Shown here: positions 56,122-64,000 of the stretch, piece after piece | Position numbering within the stretch: position 1 is the stretch's first letter | Layout: each line of letters starts with the position of its first letter | Assembly (NCBI GenBank): GCA_002811645.1 | Contig: PDIP01000028.1 | Span: 194,939 to 258,938 of the forward strand | Direction: 5' to 3' | Length of the DNA stretch: 64,000 nucleotides | Origin: Corallochytrium limacisporum Hawaii | Taxonomy: Eukaryota > Protista > Pluriformea | Program-made: the position numbers and the translations under genes | The notes under the pieces: generated by a model | Told to the model about the DNA's origin: nothing | Seen by the model: only the letters and a program-made list of their open reading frames with translations | Databases searched by the model: none

Positions 56122-58859
56122 GACTCACGGCGCATTTCTCCGCTTCAAGTATTCATGCACTTCTAGAAAAGAGAGCTCTATCGTCCCTGCTTCCTGGCAA
56201 TTATTACCTCCACATAACTCTCCCTGATTTGTACCGACTGGTTATACGGGGATCGCCCTCCTTTGAAGTATTCAAACCCTCAACTAGCCGATCTTCCAGG
56301 CACTATCTAACGCATAAACTATCCACATGCATGAGATTAACGCTCCTGTAGACTTGGTTCTCATATTTCCCAAATAAACAAGCGGGTGCATAACTACACA
56401 GGTAGGCAACGAGACCAGAGACCTTGCTACACGCAGCCATACACGCACACCCGGACCAGGCTCACAGCAGAGTAAGCTTGGGGTCTCATCGCTCATCAGC
56501 ACTCCGCTCATCGGAAGGTGTCATAGTGGTCGACAGAATTACCGCCATTTTTTGCGAACCCATTTTGATATAAAAAGTACTGCATTTATGTTTCCAAGCC
56601 GTTCGTGTTGTATATACACCGATTTGTACTCCTTGCACAGGCCTCTGAAACTTTGTGTGCGGGCCCCTCCCCACCCGCAGCAGTCGAACGGGCAGTTCGT
56701 TGCTCCAAATTATTCGCGCGCAAAACCCCACCTTGGACCTCCTCGCTGGTCCTTGATACAAACACAGTCGGTTCCTCCCCCCCCCCCACTTTCAACGCGC
56801 GGCCGGTAAAGTGGGCAATGTGAATTAGCCTACACTCTCGGGGTGAACCGGACACAGGAAGGAAAGGGGGACCCATTTTCTTGCGGCTAAGGGCCAACGT
56901 ATATCATGTGTGCTCGAGTGCGGGAACTTGTGTCCAAGTCACGGTGAGAATCTACGGTGCGCGGAGAGCATATACCCCCATACTAACCTCACCGTTTGTT
57001 TTCCTGGTTGGAACGGTGCACAACACTGGACATTCTGTGTTGCTTATGCGACGACTCAGCGACATCAAAGTCCCAAGAATTCCAAGGTTTCCCTGGGCTC
57101 TTCGTGCGTCACATTACTATTTCGGCCAATGTCAATTTTGCTATGCATGATCATGACAGCTGTGCAAGTGACGACAATCCGTCGGAGGTAGCAGACGAAC
57201 CCAAATGCAGACCATTCTCACACCACCAATGTGAAATCCTTGGCTGCCAACACCTAAGGCGAGGCGAGCCGATCAAGAAGAATTGCAGCAGACAGCCAGC
57301 AAGTTTTTGCCGTTCTTCGGAGCTCAGGGAAGACCGGTTCGTCACTTTCTTCTGGCCCGCCTCCTCTACTTGCCCACATCAAGCCCTTGTTTTAGGGTCC
57401 CCTATTAATGGTGGATCTCCTATGCAATTTCCTATCTCGGAGCGAAGGGGGCACAGGCGAGCGAAGTACTTGTAGGCAGACGGTGAAGTAAGCTACTGGA
57501 GGGGTGGAGGTGTGATATACTCCCTCTTTTCCTTTTGGGCGGGATCGCAAACAGAAGCGTGATGAAATGTATGGGTCGCAGTAGACTGCCTGCTGCTGCG
57601 GAGTTCATAGAGCTGTGCATAATACAAGTATCACAGAAAGGAATGGCGAAATTACAACCCGCAAGCATCACTACCATAGATATGCTACCAAGTCCTTTCC
57701 TATATGGGGGATCACCCCGCTGGGGAAGTCATAACATATGCGTCTACACCGGTGGGGTTTTTACATATGCGCAAAGGGGAAAAATGTGAAAGGTTACAGG
57801 TTGAACTTGTATGGACTGTGTTGTCGCGATCGGGTCGACTGATCATCGCCCTCGATAGGAATAAATTAGCGCACATCCACTTCGTGTATCTTTGTTATTG
57901 AATGGACTGGTAGTCGCCCGATACTGAATCGATTGGAACAAAGAGACTGAACCAAATCCACTGCTTTTCTCTGCTCAGGCACAATTGGTGGTGATGTTGG
58001 GGTGCGCATGTGTCGCTTGCGTGGCAGCACATGCCTCCCGTCCTCCCCCCCGGGGCGGTGGTGGTGTAGAATGTATGACAATTTGGGGATTTTTTTCTCA
58101 TGGTTCCAACTTTGGAAGCAGAAGCATCGTTGTCCTCTTGGGTTTGGCACCGAACGGTTAAAGCGGAGACCCACAGACTCTTGACCGACTTCGGGGCGCA
58201 CCCTGGGGGTTCCCCCGACCGTGTGCGGCGGAGCTACGGGTGACAATTGCGGGTTATTTGAGAGGCCTTGCTTGCTTGCTTTTCATTCCCAGGGAAATGA
58301 AAAAAAAAACCAGGCACGCAATAGAGTGTTTGTTAGCCGCCGAAGAGCAAGTGGTTATACGCCCTGCCTGTCAAAAAATTCGGAAAACGGCTGGGGTTTT
58401 GCGCAAGAAAAAACCCTTCTTCTTCTTCTTCTTCTCTCCACGGTTTCTTATGCACCTGCAGACCTTGGTTCACCTTTGGACCGGTTGCGTTCCTACATTG
58501 GGCAAAATCTACAAAGAAAGAAATGAACAAAGATGAAAGTTTGGAATTAATCAATAAATCGAGTAGTGCTACAATTGCTTCGACACAGAAGGAAAAGGCT
58601 TATAGTAGCAATAGGACATTTTGTTTTGTCCAACCGAAGTGGGATAACATGTGTGTAGATGCAAAATGAAGTTCTTTTGGTCTAAGGTCGGGTGATGCGT
58701 CGTAAGCGGTGGTGCCCAGAGTGGAAGCGAAACAATCAAGGTCAACACGCATTAACTTACGGCACAGACAGGTAAATTCTTATGGTCCAAGGTTGCATTT
58801 GCCGGACCACACAGAGTATAAAGCTGTGTGCAAAGGATGTGTGTGAGGGTATCTGTCTC

Positions 58860-58885
58860 TGTGTGTGTGTGTGTGTGTGTGTGTG
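58860..58885. repeat. (TG)13 microsatellite
   Basis: Read directly from the sequence. Confidence 0.9.
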
Positions 58886-59469
58886 GAGAATTCCACAGTA
58901 GCTGGGCCTGTGGGCAGAGCTCCCCTGTATTTTGGCCTCCTCCTCTCCCGCTGCTCCCCCTCCCCCCCCCTCTTCTCAGTTTCTCCGTCGGCCCACTCAC
59001 ACCCCGGGGGGGGGGAGCCCAGCAAAGTCAGAAGCCAGTCATGCTCAGAGGAATTTAGGCATAGTGAGAGGAGCGGACCGTAAGGCGGACCGGGCCGGAG
59101 GGGTGAGCGGGACGACCGTCGCTCGCTCCTCTTTTTTTTTTCCGGGATGAACCGCAGGATGTGTTCGCTCAAGGGAGTGCCCGATTACGTGCAGCGGGTT
59201 TCATCTTACTTGTTTATAACAGCGCGGGGAGCGAACTGAGGCAATGACAGACCCTTCTTGATGGTCTTGACCAGCTATAAGAGAAAAAACATAGAACATT
59301 AACTCGCGGAGACTAGGCATATGTAAGATCATCATAGACTGGGGTCCAACGAGACTTATGGTTTGATCGGCCTTGTCATAGAGAGAGAACGATATTTGGA
59401 AATATGTGAGTATTTTGGCCGGATGTTCTTTCAAACCAATTATCAACATAGACAGTTGTCCCGTCCAAA

Positions 59470-61596
59470 ATGAATGGGACAAGGCATGTGCCGACAGGCC
59501 TCACCGTTCGCGATGTGCCGGGGATGGGTGAGGTCCTCTTTGCGACGAGAGAGTACAAACGCGGAGACGTGGTCCTCGTGGAAAAACCTCTAATCATGAG
59601 CACCTCGTTTGCAGGGGATGATATTGAGAAATTGAACCAAATGCACATTACACTGAGTCAAATTGACAAGGTGGTGGATACCGTTGGCGCAGAATGCTAT
59701 GATGTGCTCGGGACTGTCCTTGCCTACATTTGCTCGCCACAAAATGTTAAAGAAGAATTGTTGAGATCGTTTCATACGCCGGACTATGAGTCAGCGGGAG
59801 ACTTAAGAAATCGACATGAGTACTATACTAAAGTATTGAAATCCCTAGCAGAGGAGATCCCCATTGTCGGACAGGTCAACTTAGAAGAACTGATTCGGAC
59901 CTTGTTCATTTTTATGCGCCACGGAGTGGAAATTGGTGATCCGTCGCGGCGCACGATTGGAATATTCCATTTGGCTTCTAAATTTAGCCATGAATGCACG
60001 AGTAATGTTCTTCCTGTCTTTGAGACAGACATTTTTGGGCAGCAGCGTGAAGAGCACGACATCACCACAGCGGCGGCAGCAGCAGGGAGTACCAACAGTG
60101 CCAGCAACAGTCGTCTGGCCAACGGCGAGTACCCCTCTATTGCTTTTATCGCAGTTTCGCACATTGCACAGGATACGCGCGTAGTTATGAACATTGTCCG
60201 GCACCACCAATTCTGCAGCACCCGGTTCCGCCAGGCGACAGTCTGGACGTACCGTAGAGCAATATGTCAGTGCAAGCTCTGCCAGGGGTACGATTTGGCA
60301 CGACCCATTGCGTGCATGTCCTGTCATCCACGGATCCAAGGCAGTGTCAGTCAGAATCTGCCACCTATTTATTGTGAGAAGCGGGCGATTCAAGAGGCCC
60401 TAGACTTCCTCGAGAATGATCTGGCTCAAATCAAGCCGGCGCTCTGCTTTCCGCAGATGAGTGCAGGTTTGCTAGCAGACCTGGAAGGTCTAGAGGGTGA
60501 TGTATCAGAGCAGTACTTTCGTGTGCAGTTTAATTTTATAGATAGTGTGAATTTCATGACGTGGTCCGCATGTCCACGATGTGGACAGAGACCCAGCCAC
60601 ATGGAACAGTTGCTGATGAATTTACAGAGAATTGAGGCAGACACAGAGATTCTGCTGCTACAGGCGGAGAATCGTACGATGGAACTGCCTGCTAAACAGG
60701 ATATGATGATGCAGGTGCCTTTGTTGTACGGTCCTTTACACTGGCTCACCCGTCGCATCCAACGCATGCGCTTTGATCAGTGGCACGACGAAGTCAACAG
60801 TGGACTGAATGTCAAGCGCAGGGACTGGGCGGAGTGCCTGCAGATAATGGCAGAAGAAGGGATCTGGTTGGCGTGGTGCTTCGAACGGAACGCCCAGCTC
60901 ATTCAACCCTCTGTACTGCAACATTTAGTTCCACTGTGGAATCAGGCAGTGGCCCTGCAAGCTACACCGGACCTGTTGGTGCACCTAAGGCGGCTCATTG
61001 TGGCACTGAGCGATGCTCGGATCGCAATGGTTCGAAATTCTCCACATGCGACGTGGCTAGAACTGCACCTTGTCACACACGGCTGTGCGGGTTGCGGAGC
61101 AATGCTGGCCGAAGCCCCAGACCCCGCCAAGGCAAACGTGGGACAGCAAGCATTCCAGGCGATTGCATCCAGCGGTGGATTGATTGGCAAGAATGTGTTC
61201 ACGGATGTTCCCTCCATCCCTCCAACAAATTTGGTCGGGGAGCGCATCACCGGGACTGGGGTGCTGAACATGCCAGATGCCTTTCTGAGCTGTCAAAAAT
61301 GCAAGGGATTGGTCTACTGTTCAGCAATGTGTCAGAAGACGGTGGAGCAGAGGGACACTGGTCGTCAGGGCCGAAGTCGACCCGAGTGCGTATGTTACTA
61401 CGAGACTATGGCGGAGCAAGTTCAGGACGACACAGTGGATGGTGACAGTGGAGCCATGGCCACGGATGGCAATGACGGTTCTGCCGCTGCCAAAGACGGC
61501 CACGGCCCAGAATCACGCAAGCGTGACAATCGTGTGGTCCAGTCACTCAGTGTTCTCTACAATATTTTGAGTAAGGAGATGACCGGTACAATGTGA
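59470..61596 (+). CDS. SMYD-like SET-domain protein with a C-terminal split MYND-like finger
   Basis: SET-N GMGEVLFATREYKRGDVVLVEKPL; GIFHLASKFSHECTSN; post-SET CQCKLC; C-terminal CAGC...CQKCKGLVYCSAMCQK. Confidence 0.8.
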   Translation: MNGTRHVPTGLTVRDVPGMGEVLFATREYKRGDVVLVEKPLIMSTSFAGDDIEKLNQMHITLSQIDKVVDTVGAECYDVLGTVLAYICSPQNVKEELLRSFHTPDYESAGDLRNRHEYYTKVLKSLAEEIPIVGQVNLEELIRTLFIFMRHGVEIGDPSRRTIGIFHLASKFSHECTSNVLPVFETDIFGQQREEHDITTAAAAAGSTNSASNSRLANGEYPSIAFIAVSHIAQDTRVVMNIVRHHQFCSTRFRQATVWTYRRAICQCKLCQGYDLARPIACMSCHPRIQGSVSQNLPPIYCEKRAIQEALDFLENDLAQIKPALCFPQMSAGLLADLEGLEGDVSEQYFRVQFNFIDSVNFMTWSACPRCGQRPSHMEQLLMNLQRIEADTEILLLQAENRTMELPAKQDMMMQVPLLYGPLHWLTRRIQRMRFDQWHDEVNSGLNVKRRDWAECLQIMAEEGIWLAWCFERNAQLIQPSVLQHLVPLWNQAVALQATPDLLVHLRRLIVALSDARIAMVRNSPHATWLELHLVTHGCAGCGAMLAEAPDPAKANVGQQAFQAIASSGGLIGKNVFTDVPSIPPTNLVGERITGTGVLNMPDAFLSCQKCKGLVYCSAMCQKTVEQRDTGRQGRSRPECVCYYETMAEQVQDDTVDGDSGAMATDGNDGSAAAKDGHGPESRKRDNRVVQSLSVLYNILSKEMTGTM

Positions 61597-61761
61597 ACGC
61601 ACGGGGAGCACGGATATTCGGAAAGGTCGGAAATTGTCTTCATAGAAATAGGAATAAACAAGGACTGTGGCTAGCAAGTGATGAGTATTCAGAACTGAAG
61701 ATAATACCACATGATTTATTGTGTATTGTGCAATCTGCACACTTCAACGTTTTTCTTTGGT

Positions 61762-63120
61762 CTAAGCATCAATCATACCATCCCTAATAGACTCAAAGAC
61801 ACCAATGAGCGTGTCGAGACCTTGGATGTGGCCCAAGTCTGGTTGGTCGTCATGATTTGCAAAGTCCGTCACTGCGTGCGCGAAATCAATGTAACGTACA
61901 TCCACTTGACTGACAAGATCCGGATCCCCTTCGTAGAGAATGAGTAGGCTACAACTAAAGAAACGGTAGGTATGCAGGTTTCTAAGCACTTCCCGCAGTT
62001 CCCGCAATTGCCGAATAATTTCTGTTACCACGTCTCTTCGCACCTCAATAGTATTGTACACAAATTCTGCCACCGCCTTCGGGAAGTCATCCACCTTTAA
62101 ACGGCGTCCATAGTATTTGTCCCGGCAAAAGAATGACTGAGCTCTTGGGTTGTAGACCTGCATGCCACATAGACGCACTCCTAGAGGAAGGGACGTGGTT
62201 CTGGCACACTTCTCTGTCTGACGCTTGGCCTTTGCATCACTCACGTCCAATCCGTGCTGCCGTGTCCCCATCTTCAGATCCAAAATGCATGGACATTCGA
62301 ATTTCTTTGTTAGGTCCTCCAGCATAACATATCTTTGGTTTGAATCCGGTACCCCTGCTGTTGATCCATCTGGGCTACCGCGATCAATGTTACTGAGCAA
62401 CTTTTTGAAGCACTGCAGACTCCATGGGTTGGCATTGAGACCCTGAGGCGACCCGCGCTCCAGGAATTGACGATGGCTGTTATTACGGCGCATTAGCCCT
62501 GCAGAGTGTGGAGCGGGTGCAGTTAAGCTGCCATCCTGGGAGAGTCCATGGTCCCCAGTAGGGTGAGTATAGTGGTGCTGCTGTCCACGACCGACCATGT
62601 GTGGCTTGCGGCTGCCGGCTGCTGATGCTAGGCTCTTTCTGAGCGGGCTATGGGTGCCGAGCATACTGTTGCTCTGCTGGTGATCCAACTGCAGCTCCGG
62701 TACATCGGTACCATCGTCTGTCTGGCTTAGCATGGACGCCGGGGACTGCATGGAGTTAAGCGAACTGACCTCATCCGAAGTTTCATCTGCACCGTCTGCG
62801 TCTATGTCAGCGCTGGCCAATTCCCTAGAAGGTGGCCCGGCTGTGCTACTGTTCCATGAAGATGCAAGGGTTCCTTCTTCAATGTCAAATTTCAACCGCA
62901 CCACTCCATAGTACTTCGGGACCCATTTACGAAGCGGTGAGTTCGCATCCTGAGATTGGTAAAACTTAAGTTCACGTTCTACAGCAGGCTTGCATAACTT
63001 GTCTTGTACTTTGAATACTGATCCATGACCACCGACCTGGTGTGCGAAGGGCTGTAATTTAACACCTTCAATGTATTGAGAAGGCGGTCGATTCTCAACG
63101 ACATTCTCGTCTTCCCTCAT
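61762..63120 (-). CDS. Inositol hexakisphosphate kinase (IP6K/Kcs1-like)
   Basis: HQVGGH, MLEDLT..F.CPCILDLKMGTRQHG, LGVRLCGMQVY, KYYGR, FFSCSLLILYEG, IDFAH. Confidence 0.92.
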   Translation of the reverse strand: MREDENVVENRPPSQYIEGVKLQPFAHQVGGHGSVFKVQDKLCKPAVERELKFYQSQDANSPLRKWVPKYYGVVRLKFDIEEGTLASSWNSSTAGPPSRELASADIDADGADETSDEVSSLNSMQSPASMLSQTDDGTDVPELQLDHQQSNSMLGTHSPLRKSLASAAGSRKPHMVGRGQQHHYTHPTGDHGLSQDGSLTAPAPHSAGLMRRNNSHRQFLERGSPQGLNANPWSLQCFKKLLSNIDRGSPDGSTAGVPDSNQRYVMLEDLTKKFECPCILDLKMGTRQHGLDVSDAKAKRQTEKCARTTSLPLGVRLCGMQVYNPRAQSFFCRDKYYGRRLKVDDFPKAVAEFVYNTIEVRRDVVTEIIRQLRELREVLRNLHTYRFFSCSLLILYEGDPDLVSQVDVRYIDFAHAVTDFANHDDQPDLGHIQGLDTLIGVFESIRDGMIDA

Positions 63121-64000
63121 TTCTGTTACTATTCACTTTGATCGAATTTTTCATCCCATTGTGCTCTAAGTGTCGTGGTCGAACAAAGTGAACTGAACGT
63201 TTCACTATTTTTCATTTATATTGGATGAATCCATCACTCAGAAGAGTGTAATGCTAATGTATTCTTGAAATACATGTATTGGTACCACTGGGACCTATTT
63301 CCCCATTTTCTTTACTTCTGTGGCTCTCTCCTGCCAGTCTTCATGGCACCCAGCGCGGCTGCGGCAGCGACACAGGGCGGGGACTGCGACGAATGGTCTC
63401 CCCGTTTCCCTGCGCGCCTCAACCCTCCCTCCCCCTGCCCCGGGCGCAGAGAGACTCACCATTTCCGAAAATTTGCGAACTTTTTCACCATATTAGCCGT
63501 ATACCCAACTTCGAACGCACCCGAATACACCCACCCCTCCCCCCCTCTCTCCCTTTCAATCTTCGACCCGGGGAATGAGGAGGGGGGGACCTGGAACGTT
63601 CTGGTATTTCTACGCGCTGATGTGAGCGCGCAGCAGCCGCTCGCAGGGGAACCTTGGACGAGAAAAATAGGAGAGAGAGTACAAAAAGACCGGAGGGTAG
63701 AGGAGGGCAAAGTTGCTTCCATCACCGCTAGGCCCGGGGGGGTTTCAACCGGGTTTCCAGCATTCAGCCCGGCCGCAGTTTACTTATTTCTTTCTTTGGA
63801 AAAGAACGGGTTCTTAAACAGTAGCAAAAGGAGGGACGGGGACTGGGGAGTTGGTGGGGGGAAGTGGGAGGGCTTGAAAATGAGAAGGAGAGGGAGAGAG
63901 AGAGAGAGTGGGAGAGAGACGGACGGGTGGTGGTGGGTTAGAGGAGAGGGGGGGGGGGTTAGAGACCGTAGCCTAAGGTCCCCCCCCCTCCTCGCCATTG

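Overview
Eukaryotic nuclear DNA: long CDSs with no apparent introns, separated by spacers rich in microsatellites and G/C homopolymers, plus one 79-N assembly gap. The gene content (MTA/RERE-type chromatin protein, DENN Rab-GEF, IP6K, IFT genes) and the lack of coding introns suggest an intron-poor unicellular opisthokont, possibly a Corallochytrium-like holozoan; this is inference, not an identification. Recognisable genes: two F-box proteins, a Q-rich putative regulator behind a ~9 kb gene desert, a bacterial-type AcuI/YhdH reductase, a BAH-ELM2-SANT-GATA protein, tRNA-Val(AAC), FBPase, a DENN protein, a NUDIX hydrolase, an RNI-like LRR protein, a YdfG-like SDR, WDR35/IFT121, a CDPK7-like EF-hand/PH/kinase, a helicase-only Twinkle-like protein, a SET/MYND protein and an IP6 kinase. 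The most striking signal is three flagellar genes in three different states: intact IFT121 (IFT-A), a 5'-truncated IFT52 remnant (IFT-B) next to a tRNA, and a multiply frameshifted TTC29-like relic. This may be flagellum loss caught in progress. All family calls come from motif recognition and remembered sequences, not from database searches.
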